A stretch of 64,000 nt of DNA from positions 5,456,001 through 5,520,000 of the forward strand of contig CAKKNE010000002.1 of assembly GCA_918797485.1 (NCBI GenBank), given 5' to 3'. Origin of the DNA: Pelagomonas calceolata. Its lineage: Eukaryota. Within the stretch, counting starts at the first letter, position 1. Every line of letters begins with the position of its first letter. Position numbers and translations under genes: made by a program. The notes beneath the pieces are model-generated. The model was not told the origin of the DNA, ran no database searches, and saw only the letters and a list, made by a program, of their open reading frames with translations. Positions 1-9,547 of the stretch are shown here, one piece after another.

Positions 1-261
1 AAAAGCATGTTCATTATAGACTGCATCTGGCGACACACCTTCCGCAAGCAGTCGCCGGAGCTTCTCGACGTTCCCGGCGCGTGCGGCTTTGTGTATGGCT
101 GCCATAGGGTCAGACCAAGAGCAGCGCCCGGGTCAGCAAGAGCTTGAGGGTCAGACCAAGAGCGGCGGCCGTGAGAGGCGCTAGATATGGATGGGCCAGC
201 GAAAAGGGGCAGCCAGAGACCGCACAATAGCGCCGCTGTATCAACACTCCGGTGCCAACTT

Positions 262-285
262 GCTAGTGTCTTACAGCACGCTAGC
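262..285. promoter_or_regulatory. CTAG-flanked upstream element, copy 1
   Basis: GCTAGTGTCTTACAGCACGCTAGC upstream of the nitrilase gene. Confidence 0.7.
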
Positions 286-355
286 ACGTCGACGCGTTGC
301 GCAGATTTTGGGCCGTTTCGGCCATACCGGTGCAAGTCTAAGGCGCTCGGCGACA

Positions 356-399
356 GCATTGACGCATGCGAGGAGCCGCATTGACGCATGCGAGGAGCC
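356..399. repeat. Perfect 22-bp tandem duplication spanning the nitrilase ATG
   Basis: GCATTGACGCATGCGAGGAGCC x2. Confidence 0.9.
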
Positions 400-1356
400 G
401 TGCGACGCCTCACGCGGGTGGCAGCTCTGCATCGCGCCCTCACACGATCGACAGCCCTGCAGCACGCTGCACGACGCGCATCGATGGCGGCTGCAGCCGG
501 CAAAGCGCTCCCGCGCGTGGCAGTGGGCCAACTCAACAGCACCGGCGACCACGCGGCGAACCTGGCGCAAGCAGAAAAGCTCTGCGCGGCCGCGGCCGCG
601 GCGGGCGCCAATCTATTGTGCCTGCCCGAGGCGTTCTCCTTCATCGGCGCGAGCCCGCAAGAAACCATATCCCAGGCCGAAGCGCTGGATGGCCCGCGCC
701 TCGAACAATATAGAACGCTCGCGCGGCGCCACGGCCTCTGGCTGAGCTTGGGCGGGTTCCACGAGGCCGGCGCGCCTGGTAATCGCGTCCACAACACGCA
801 CGTCGTCGTCGACGCGGCGGGCGCCACCGTCGCGGAGTACCGCAAGATCCACTTGTTCGACGTCGACGTGCCCGGCGGCGCAACACTCTTGGAGTCTAAA
901 AGTACGACGCCCGGGAAAGCAGAGGCCGTCGTCGTCGACGCGCGCGACCAGTTGGGCTTCACGTTCGGGCTGACGACGTGCTACGACGTGCGCTTCCCCG
1001 AGCTCTACGTGGCGCTGGCGCGGCGCGGGTGCGACGCGATCCTCGTGCCGTCGGCGTTTACCGTGCCGACGGGCGAGGCGCACTGGCACCTACTACTCCG
1101 CGCGAGGGCGGTGGAGTCGCAATCCTACATTTTGGCAGCGGCCCAATCAGGCGCGCATAATGAAAAGAGGCGGTCGTACGGCCACGCGCTAGCCGTGGAC
1201 CCGTGGGGCGTCGTGGTGGCGGACGCCGGCGACGCCGCGCCATCTCTCGTCACGGTGGACCTCGACCTGGAGAAGGTGAGGTCAATTAGAGAGAAGATGC
1301 CGATCCAGGCCCACCGGCGGCGCGACGTCGTGGAGTTGCTATTGGACGATGGATAA
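388..1356 (+). CDS. Nitrilase-family amidase (Nit1/deaminated glutathione amidase-like)
   Basis: Catalytic E-K-C motifs LPEAF, YRKIHLFD, TTCYDVRFPE; SYGHALAVDPWG. Arg/Ala-rich N-terminus resembles a transit peptide; alternative start at 484. Confidence 0.9.
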   Translation: MRGAVRRLTRVAALHRALTRSTALQHAARRASMAAAAGKALPRVAVGQLNSTGDHAANLAQAEKLCAAAAAAGANLLCLPEAFSFIGASPQETISQAEALDGPRLEQYRTLARRHGLWLSLGGFHEAGAPGNRVHNTHVVVDAAGATVAEYRKIHLFDVDVPGGATLLESKSTTPGKAEAVVVDARDQLGFTFGLTTCYDVRFPELYVALARRGCDAILVPSAFTVPTGEAHWHLLLRARAVESQSYILAAAQSGAHNEKRRSYGHALAVDPWGVVVADAGDAAPSLVTVDLDLEKVRSIREKMPIQAHRRRDVVELLLDDG

Positions 1357-1592
1357 GTTATTCGCTAGAGACCCCCTTCTTCTTCCCCACCTTCTTGAGG
1401 TGGTGCACGGCGCGCTCGGCCCGGGCGGCCGTGGGGTCGCGGCGGCCCCGTCCCGGCTTCCGCTTCGGCGGCGGCGGCGGCGCGTCCTGTGTGGGATCGA
1501 CACCGTCGCGAAACGCTCTCATGAAGACGCCATCGCCGCGACCACATCGAGCCACGTTCTTTTTCACGCCGCGTCAGGACCTTCACGCGTAA

Positions 1593-1763
1593 ATCGGTAA
1601 GGGCCAGACGTGCTACATCTGCACGCAGGCCCTCCACTGGAGGACGAAGGAAGGCCTCGTGCGCATGTGTGCGTGCCGCGGGACGGCGGGCTTCGCGCAT
1701 GTGTCGTGTCTCGCGGAGCAGGCGAAGATTTTGTTCGCGGAGGCCGAGGAGAATAATTTGGGG
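1593..1763 (+). pseudogene. Truncated RING-CH (C4HC3-like) gene fragment
   Basis: Translates as KGQTCYICTQALHWRTKEGLVRMCACRGTAGFAHVSCLAEQAKILFAEAEENNLG. In-frame TAA at 1590, no start codon before the Cys motif, and the frame runs into the 3' end of the antisense gene. Confidence 0.65.
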
Positions 1764-1845
1764 GCCTCAGCGCCCGCGAGGCGGGGATTCCCTACGCGAT
1801 TAAACCGGTCTCATAGCTACTCTATTAGGCCACCGCCCAGGGAAA

Positions 1846-3948
1846 CTAGCGCGACGCCGCCATCTCCTTCTCCGCCGACACCGTGGATCCGGACGACGGC
1901 TGGAACGCCCCACCACCGCGCAACTCCGGCGACGGCGTCATCCCCGAGACGATCCCGCGGTAGAGCCACTGGAAGGGCCCCGGCGACAGGAACTTGTAGA
2001 GCGGGTCCTTCTTCGCCGTCTCCTCGAGCATGGCGATGTGCTGGTCGACGTTCACTATGGTGTTGGCCGCAATAACACCAGAAGCCGCGGCACTGGGCGT
2101 GCCGATGCCCGGGAAGCACGAGTCGCCGCACCGTAGTAGTCCATCGACCGGCGTCTTCAAATTAGGAAACGGGAACGGTATGGGCGTGAATTTGAGTAAT
2201 CCCGCGTACGGCGCGGACGTCCCCGCGGCCCAGGCCATGCCGTAAGTGCCCCTATCACGTCGTAGAAACGCCTCATGCGCCAGCGGCGACCCGACGATGT
2301 GGAATTCCGCCCGTTCCCGCGCGTCGGGGATGCAGTTCTCGAGGGCCTTCCAGAGAATATCTCCTCGTTCCTCCTTGTACGCCTCGTACTCGGCACTTCC
2401 AGGTTCTAGACTTTCCCAGGTCTCGTAGGGTTCCCCACCGGAAGAATAGACGTGGATCACGTGCTTGCCCTCGGGACACACACTTCTGTCTAGCAAAGAA
2501 GGGATGAAGAACGAACACAGGTTCTGCGAGTCCTGCATGCTTCGACCCCAGTCCTGCACGATGAGATGCGCGGGGTTCTTCGAGATCTCGTCCTCCGCAG
2601 CTCTCCAAGAAGCATGGTCGGCCAATTTTTTGCCGTTGACGACTTTCTCGGCGTCGACCGCGACGAACAGATGCAAAATCGCGCCGTGTCTAGGTAGAGT
2701 GCCTAACGTTTCCCGCCACTCCTTGAGCTCCGTGTAGCCCTTCATTTGCGGATCGAGCTGGTCTTGGGCCGGTAACAGCTTGACGGTGTCGAACGGCGTC
2801 GCGTTGCTGACAACCGCTTTTCTGGCGCGTATTATTTTACCATTCTTGAGCTTGACGCCGACCGCTCTCCCGTTCTCTACTAGGATTTCTGCCACATGGG
2901 TATTGAGGGAAATGTCCATGCCAAATTGAGCTCCGCCTCGGTGGATCGCGCGCGCGATGTTCTCCGTCCCGCCCTTCGGCACGGAATACGCGCAGCCCGG
3001 CTCGAAGAAGCGCTCGAGGATGTAGAGCATGTGCGCCGTCATGGCGCCCTTGGCCGGGAAGCCGCAGAAGATGCACATCGTGTCGATGAAGTTCCGCAGG
3101 AACGGCTCCGTGACCAATTGGTCCACCGTTTTGTGCAAGGAGTCGAACGTGAGAGGTAGGTCCGCGAAGACGTCGGGGTGGCTCAAGACGAACGGTAGCG
3201 AGCCAGCAGTCGTCGCGAGGAAGCCCGCATCTTGCCGTAAGTTTAGTAGCGATACGGCTGAGGTAGAGCCACCTAGCGTCTTGAGACGCGCCCTCAGTGC
3301 CTTAAATTCTTTGATAGCGAGCTCGCCGTCCTGGGCGTGCTCCCTTAAAGCTTCATAGAAGCCGCCCGGCGCTTCCGGATCGCCCAACTGAAAACGCCAC
3401 GACCGCACCGGCCCCGTCCCGTCGAAGTTCGAGGTCGGCACCCAATAAGCCAGACCCTGGTACGTCTCCACGGGTAGCTCGCTATCGAGAATATCGAGCA
3501 AGATGCGTAACGGGTTCAATGAAGGCTTGTCCAGCCCTTCGAAGATCGACGGCCCGACCTCGAACGAGTACTTGCCCCCATCGTGGCCATGAGTGAAGGA
3601 GTGGGCCGACCCGCCCATCTTGATGTGCGACTCCAAGACGATCGAACTTTCCCCATATTTCGCGCACATGGCTCCACAGGCCAGACCGCCCATGCCACTG
3701 CCGATGACGACGACGTCGTACTCGCCTTCGTCGCCCCCAAGACCGTCGCCCGTGCCCTTGTAGACGGGCTTCGCGTACTTCCGTTCCCGCTCCGTGTCAT
3801 AGCTAAAAGTCATGACCTTGTCGCGCGACGTCTCCTGCGTCTGCGCGACGTTTTCTGCGGTGGAATGCAGAGCCGTTGCGCGTCGTACGGGCCGCGCCAG
3901 GGGCGCCAGCGCCGCGGCGCAGCCGGCCAGCGCCACTATCCTCAACAT
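1846..3948 (-). CDS. Plastid-targeted CrtISO/phytoene-dehydrogenase-like FAD oxidoreductase
   Basis: DVVVIGSGMGGL Rossmann motif, FEVGPS, C-terminal CGDSCFPGIGTPSAAASG; signal peptide ending AAALAP. Confidence 0.88.
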   Translation of the reverse strand: MLRIVALAGCAAALAPLARPVRRATALHSTAENVAQTQETSRDKVMTFSYDTERERKYAKPVYKGTGDGLGGDEGEYDVVVIGSGMGGLACGAMCAKYGESSIVLESHIKMGGSAHSFTHGHDGGKYSFEVGPSIFEGLDKPSLNPLRILLDILDSELPVETYQGLAYWVPTSNFDGTGPVRSWRFQLGDPEAPGGFYEALREHAQDGELAIKEFKALRARLKTLGGSTSAVSLLNLRQDAGFLATTAGSLPFVLSHPDVFADLPLTFDSLHKTVDQLVTEPFLRNFIDTMCIFCGFPAKGAMTAHMLYILERFFEPGCAYSVPKGGTENIARAIHRGGAQFGMDISLNTHVAEILVENGRAVGVKLKNGKIIRARKAVVSNATPFDTVKLLPAQDQLDPQMKGYTELKEWRETLGTLPRHGAILHLFVAVDAEKVVNGKKLADHASWRAAEDEISKNPAHLIVQDWGRSMQDSQNLCSFFIPSLLDRSVCPEGKHVIHVYSSGGEPYETWESLEPGSAEYEAYKEERGDILWKALENCIPDARERAEFHIVGSPLAHEAFLRRDRGTYGMAWAAGTSAPYAGLLKFTPIPFPFPNLKTPVDGLLRCGDSCFPGIGTPSAAASGVIAANTIVNVDQHIAMLEETAKKDPLYKFLSPGPFQWLYRGIVSGMTPSPELRGGGAFQPSSGSTVSAEKEMAASR

Positions 3949-4503
3949 GATTGCGGTTGATTACAGCCTGTTTGCTGCAATGACTGTGATTTGAGATCTG
4001 CGCTTCAGCGACACCTCGTTGCGTAAAAAATGAGGTGAGCGCGCTCGACGGTGTAGCAGTGATGCTGCTGCAGCGCAAGCCTCTTGTTGCTGGCCGACGA
4101 TAGAGATATCCGCTAGATCGCACGCTTGCTGTCCTGCAAATGAATCGGGTTTCAGCGTCATCAATTCAACTCCCGGCCGGGATCGATCCGTGCGTGGTCG
4201 GCAGGACGCGTTAATGCCCAGTCCGATTTGTCCGATAAAAACCCGTGGCGCTTTCACGCAGTGAATTGGGCAGTGGCAGCTAGCTGGCGGCGCAAGCACG
4301 CAGCCAAGCCGAGCCACGTTGTCGCTGTGGCACAAATTAATCGATGCTGCAATCCCAGTTAGCAAGAACGCCGTTACTGCAGCTGTCAGGCTGTGCAGTG
4401 CCTGCAGCCCTGACAGCCAGGTGCCGCAGCGATGCAAAACGTGACGCGTAGACACTGTGCTCATAGCTGCCAGCCTCTGCTGTGCAGCTCTCGTGTCGCA
4501 GCA

Positions 4504-5394
4504 ATGCAAAACGTGACACGTAGACTTGCAGCTCTCGTGCCGACAATTGCTAGGACGCGCCGACATCTAGCCACGCAAAAACAAGGCGACTGGACAGCCG
4601 TGGCGGCGCGCGACTACGCCTCGCACCGCCAGACGTTCCAGGCCGACTACGCGCGCGAGTGCTGGCAGCGCCTCAGTTCCAGGCCGGCCGTCGCGCCCGT
4701 CGTCGCGCGGGCGGCGCGCGTCCTCGACGTCGGGTGCGGCTCGGGCGAGTTTACGCGGGAGCTGGCGAGCCATCTGCCGCACGCGTCAATCGTGGGCGTC
4801 GACATCTCGGAAGGCATGGTGCGGCACGCGGAACGGGCGAACGCCCACGAGCGCGTGAGCTACGCTGTGATCGATTTTGCGAACCAAGTCCCCTTCCGTG
4901 GCGAGAGCTTCCAGGTCGCGACGTCGACGATGGCGCTGCATTGGCCCGGGCCCGACGCAGCGTTCTTGGCCGGCGTCTCTCGTTTCATCGAGCCGGGCGG
5001 CGTCTTCTTGGCGGGCCTGCACGGCCAAGGCTCGTGTCAAGAAGGGGTCGACGCCTTCGAGAAGGTCGCGGGCCTAGACTTGGAGAGCCTCCCCACCATG
5101 TTCAAGCGCCGCTCCGCGGCTGCGTGGGAAAAAGCTCTGTGCGATGCGGGCTTCTTCGACGTCGAGGTAGAGGAGCGCACGGTCGCGACGCGCTACGCCT
5201 CGGTGGAGGATTGTCAAAGGCGCCTTGCCGCGGCCTGGCCCCCGATCTTAGCCGGACACGTCCCGGCCGCGGACGTCGACGCCCTCGTCGCGGCGGCGGC
5301 GCGGGCAATGATGGACGCCGGTGGAGTCATGACGAGCCGGCTGCTCGAGTTCTCGGCGTTCGACAGTGGTGTACCTGACGCTTTTCGACCTTGA
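4504..5394 (+). CDS. Class I SAM-dependent methyltransferase (Tam/BioC-like)
   Basis: VLDVGCGSG, GVDISEGM, STMALHW. A duplicated upstream in-frame ATG lies at 4432. Confidence 0.85.
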   Translation: MQNVTRRLAALVPTIARTRRHLATQKQGDWTAVAARDYASHRQTFQADYARECWQRLSSRPAVAPVVARAARVLDVGCGSGEFTRELASHLPHASIVGVDISEGMVRHAERANAHERVSYAVIDFANQVPFRGESFQVATSTMALHWPGPDAAFLAGVSRFIEPGGVFLAGLHGQGSCQEGVDAFEKVAGLDLESLPTMFKRRSAAAWEKALCDAGFFDVEVEERTVATRYASVEDCQRRLAAAWPPILAGHVPAADVDALVAAAARAMMDAGGVMTSRLLEFSAFDSGVPDAFRP

Positions 5395-5522
5395 GGCTCT
5401 CAATGGCTCGCTGTGGTAGCAATTGTGCAATTGTGAAAAAACCGAGCTAGCGGCTAGTTTTGTAGAGTAGTTTCCTGTTGTACTACAATTATACGAGAAC
5501 CGAACGTTACACAAAGAGACAG

Positions 5523-6755
5523 CTACCTTCCAGCACACGAGCTCGCCCGCTCGGCCACGCCGCACGCCACGACGCGATCCGGGGCGACACCCTTCCCGTT
5601 CAAGTCGCCGCCGCTGGGCGTCGCATAGCGCGCGACGGTCACGGCGACGGCGCCCTCGGCGCCCGGCGGGTCGCCGAGCGGTTGGACGGTCTGGATCACG
5701 CCCTTGCCGTAGGTTCGTGAATCCGTACCTACCACGGACGCGGCCTTGTTGTCCTGTAAAGCTGCCGTGAGCACTTCCGCGGCCGACGCGGTCTGCTTGT
5801 TGACTAGCACCGTGAGCTTCCTCCCAGAAAACGCCCCGTCCTCGACGGCGTCGTAGGCGAAGGGCTGGCCGTTCGCGGCCGTGACCGTCGTGATCTTCGC
5901 GCCCTTCGGTAGAAAGAGCCTCGCTGTTTCGACGCCGCCCTCCAAGCTTCCACCAGGGTTGCCCCGCAGATCTAAGATAAGGGGTCCTGACACCTTGTCA
6001 ACGTTTTCCTTGACTTTTGCGGCCGTGTCCAGCTGGAACGCCTTGATACGTATCGTGGATTGATCTCGTCGCACGGTCGACAGCGGCACGACCGCCCTAC
6101 TAATATCGGCCTGATTATCTTTACCATCTCTCACGTAAGCCACTTTGACGAGCGACCCCTCCTCGCCCCTTAACTTTTGGGCCGTCGACGCCGCGTCTTG
6201 TACCTTACTGGAACCAACTTGCTGGATCTCGTCGCCCGCCCTTAACCCAGCTTTATCCGCGGGCGCGCCCGGCTCCACATCAACGACGACGACTTTCCCA
6301 TTGTCGCCATCCACGACCTGCACGCCGGCACCGGCGACGACGGCGGCGTCGCCGAGCGTCGCTGATACTAATGCTTCGTACTTTTCTGGTTCTACATAGC
6401 GCGTGTAGGGGTCGCCCAGCTTCCTGAGGAGGCTGTCGACGGCGCCTCTGGCGCTTTCCGCATCTGTCGCTTGCTGTATCAAGTCGCTGCGCGCTCGGAA
6501 CCAGTCGGCTCCACCGAACGTGCGCTCGTAGTACAACTTGTCCGTGGCGCGCCAGGCCTCGGCCGCGAACCGCTGCGCGTCCGTGAATTCCTTGGCTTGG
6601 GCCGTGGATGGCATTATCAACGCTAGTGCTACGGCTGCGGTGCCGAGCGCGCGTCGCAGCAATGGCTCCGCGTGTGCCGGTCGCAGCGCTTTGTGTTTGT
6701 GCGGCGCCAGTGCAGCACTGCCGAGCAGCATTGCTGCTGCGACGAGGCGACGCAT
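5523..6755 (-). CDS. ctpA: C-terminal processing peptidase (S41A, CtpA-like), thylakoid lumen
   Basis: LGDPYT, PDZ domain, DLRGNPGG, TASAAEV, TYGKGVIQ; bipartite presequence ending AQA. Confidence 0.9.
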   Translation of the reverse strand: MRRLVAAAMLLGSAALAPHKHKALRPAHAEPLLRRALGTAAVALALIMPSTAQAKEFTDAQRFAAEAWRATDKLYYERTFGGADWFRARSDLIQQATDAESARGAVDSLLRKLGDPYTRYVEPEKYEALVSATLGDAAVVAGAGVQVVDGDNGKVVVVDVEPGAPADKAGLRAGDEIQQVGSSKVQDAASTAQKLRGEEGSLVKVAYVRDGKDNQADISRAVVPLSTVRRDQSTIRIKAFQLDTAAKVKENVDKVSGPLILDLRGNPGGSLEGGVETARLFLPKGAKITTVTAANGQPFAYDAVEDGAFSGRKLTVLVNKQTASAAEVLTAALQDNKAASVVGTDSRTYGKGVIQTVQPLGDPPGAEGAVAVTVARYATPSGGDLNGKGVAPDRVVACGVAERASSCAGR

Positions 6756-6922
6756 CAGTTTTGTTGCAGTCCTTGCTGTGTCTGTCAGTGGTCAAAGCAA
6801 TGCAGAAAATGCAGCAAGCGCGCAGCGATTGACGGATGTGGTCCAGTAGAGGCCTCTGTTGCCTCGCGTGCCTTGCAACTGCTGCGTTAGCTGCGAGGCT
6901 CGCGTGTGTCGAGGTGTGGACG

Positions 6923-6947
6923 GCTAGCGTCCTGTAAAGACACTAGC
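6923..6947. promoter_or_regulatory. CTAG-flanked upstream element, copy 2
   Basis: GCTAGCGTCCTGTAAAGACACTAGC upstream of ctpA. Confidence 0.7.
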
Positions 6948-7309
6948 AAGGCGAGATCTCTTGTGACCGAATTATCTTACTACGACGGGGCTGGGGGATG
7001 ATTGTAGTAGTGACATGACACGTGGGCGGACGGCTATCGCCGCGTTATTGTTGGAACGGGAATGCACGGCGCTATATACTGCCGCGACCGTGCTTGTAGT
7101 ACCGTACTAGTATGCCTGTGGGTGTACCGGCGACGTTCGGAGACGACAGCAATGACCGATACGCGATTCGAACGCGTAACCTTCAGGACTGGAATCTGAC
7201 GCGCTACCGTTGCGCCAATCGGTCGAAGGGTCAACCCAGGACGCCGCCGCGGTACGTCTCGAGGACGCCCTTGGGCAGGAAGTAGTGGTCGGAACGAGAA
7301 CGCGCGGCA

Positions 7310-7926
7310 CTATCGCCGCGCCCGCGCCCGCTCGAGGAACCGTATCGCGTCCGCATGGTTTAGGATCGTCGGCGAGGAAGTCCCGTCGTCGGTGAGCGAG
7401 GAGACGTCGCCCGCGTCGAGACCGGACGCCTGCCGCCGCGACGCCGCGGAGAGGTTCGGCAGCGTCCCGCCGCCGAAGCTTTGACCTGTGTGTGTTTTTG
7501 TCACCTTCCGGACCTCGATCCTCGGGCCAGTCAGTCATTATGTGCGAGACCTTTGGCGCACATAATGAAGACTGGCTTGCGGCTCGAACCCCGGCAAGCC
7601 ATCGCGGTACACAGACAAAGGTGAGTCGGGCTCGAATCTCGGGACTCGGGCGCCGACGGCGCGGCGATGTTGGCGTCAGTTCGCCGCCCCCAATCGAAAA
7701 CAAACCCGCGGTCCGTCGTGAGTCCTACATCAACTAAACTCCGCGCGATGTCCGACTTGATTCCTGAACTACGGTCGTAGCGGAAGTTCACCCTTTGGAG
7801 TTCGCCCTCGTCGAAGCGCAAAGCCGTCCGCACCTCGTAGATGCGGAGGCGCGTCGGGCGCGGGACGCCCTCCTGCGCGTTTGTGGTCGCTGCGAGGAGG
7901 GCCAGGAGCCCTCCTAGGCGCCACAT
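7310..7926 (-). CDS. Small secreted hypothetical protein, probably 2 exons (7926-7710, 7485-7310)
   Basis: Signal peptide MWRLGGLLALLAATTNA; a putative GC-AG intron at 7709-7486 joins it to a high-GC3 frame. Donor position is uncertain. Confidence 0.4.
7526..7576. repeat. Inverted repeat/hairpin inside a putative intron
   Basis: GCCAGTC-AG-TCATTATGTGCG / 10-nt loop / CGCACATAATGA-A-GACTGGC. Confidence 0.85.
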
Positions 7927-8313
7927 CGGTGGCGTTTTATCTTCTTGCGCGTCCGCTTAATTACAATTCTCAGTGGGCCTGGACTGTCCTGAAATTTTTT
8001 TACGTCCGTGTTTTTATTCGGAGCGAGAGGACGAGCTCCGAGGGTCGTCAAGACCACAATCCTGATCGTCTTTCGTCGGCCAGGTCGCGCGTTCGCGCTT
8101 GCCGCGTAAGTCCCGACAGCTTTATGTTTGCCGAGCCTAAGCATAGTAACATACTAGCTTTTGGTCCTCCAGCTTTATAGGGCCACAGTGATGCGTGTAA
8201 GGCATTAAAATCGCTGTTGTTAAGGCATTAGAATCAGACACGATCGCTACGACCGCAGCCAGCAGCTCACGTCCTCTCGAGGCGTTGGTGAGCCGTGCCA
8301 CCGAGTGGACTCC

Positions 8314-9240
8314 ATGGCGTCCGTGCTGCGGCGCGCGCGGAGCACCGTGCGGATGAATGCGCGTCGAGCCCAAAGCACGGTCCGCATGAATAACTGGGCC
8401 CAGTTTTATTGGCTCCAGTCGCGCGGCTCGAAGGCGGGCGCGTTCGGCCCGGCGCTGCTCGACCAAAATCTACAGGAATGGGGCGGCCCCGTATCACTGA
8501 TAGAGAAATCCAAAAATCACACGCTCGCGACGGCGCGCCTCCCGCCCTGGTGCGCGCGAAGGGACGGGAGACCGCCGCTCGGCGCGCTCCTCGCGTTGAT
8601 AGATCAGGTGTCGACGTTCTGTGGGCAGGCGGAATTTGATGGCAGGGGAAGGCCGGGCGTGAGTTTGTTTCTGTCGGGCGAGGTTGTGGACGAGGCGCCT
8701 TCCTTGGAATCGGGCTGTGGGATTGAAATCTCGACGAGACTCCTCAAAGGAGGCCGGACGCTCGCGTGGCTCGCCTGCGAGGTGTATGCTGATGGGGAGC
8801 TCGTGGCGCGCGCGCGCCACGCGAAGTTTCTGAAAATTGACCCGTTGCACGATTTGCTGGTGCACTCGCCTCTACATAATGCGGCGCTTCCTATACTTTC
8901 GAGGTACTACGCAAGTTTGGAACCGCACCCGTACGTCGGCGACGATACGTGCTTGGACGCTATCTTCAAACCGCGCCGTATCCAGGAAAATGCCTTCGAG
9001 GTGGATATTACAAATGACCACTGCAACGGGCTTGGGGGGCTGCACGGCGGGGCGGCCTGTATTCTGGCGGAGCACGCCGCGGGTGATGATAAGCCCCTGG
9101 CGGCGATGCACGTGTCGCTGATGCGCGGGTTGAGAGCTGGCGCCGTCGCTCGAGTTTCTCAAGAAGCGGGACGCGTTTCGATCGTGGACGGCGCGACCGG
9201 CGCGGCCTGCTACGAGGCGACGGTCTCGCCGGCGAGCTGA
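8314..9240 (+). CDS. Double hotdog-fold thioesterase (PaaI/ACOT13-like)
   Basis: PLGALLALIDQVST and CNGLGGLHGGAAC hotdog motifs. Confidence 0.8.
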   Translation: MASVLRRARSTVRMNARRAQSTVRMNNWAQFYWLQSRGSKAGAFGPALLDQNLQEWGGPVSLIEKSKNHTLATARLPPWCARRDGRPPLGALLALIDQVSTFCGQAEFDGRGRPGVSLFLSGEVVDEAPSLESGCGIEISTRLLKGGRTLAWLACEVYADGELVARARHAKFLKIDPLHDLLVHSPLHNAALPILSRYYASLEPHPYVGDDTCLDAIFKPRRIQENAFEVDITNDHCNGLGGLHGGAACILAEHAAGDDKPLAAMHVSLMRGLRAGAVARVSQEAGRVSIVDGATGAACYEATVSPAS

Positions 9241-9352
9241 CGTCGCGTCGATGGCGTGAACTCGGCCTTAGTTGTTTAATTTGGTAGACTTGTGCTCGAG
9301 GCTATAAAACCCACCGGACGGGACCCCGTGGCGCGCTTCAGGGCTCCGCGCG

Positions 9353-9375
9353 GCTAGCGGCCTGTAAGACACTAG
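9353..9375. promoter_or_regulatory. CTAG-flanked upstream element, copy 3
   Basis: GCTAGCGGCCTGTAAGACACTAG upstream of the AP2-HSF gene. Confidence 0.7.
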
Positions 9376-9547
9376 GCATCCTAGCAGCCGGCGCGCGGGC
9401 TCGGCAGGCAGCCTCGGCCCAGCCTTGCGCACCGAGCAAGCACCTCGTTGATCTGTGGTCTGTCTTGCAACAAGACCGCGCAGCAAAGACCGCAGGCGCT
9501 GGGGGGTTACATAAATTTAAGGGCCTGCCACGGGAGAGCATAATATC

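Noticed and set aside
7970..8190. AT-richer intergenic stretch with CAGTGGGCC..GGCCACAGTG as possible MITE ends
   Set aside because: The inverted match is too short and imperfect, and no TSD is visible.
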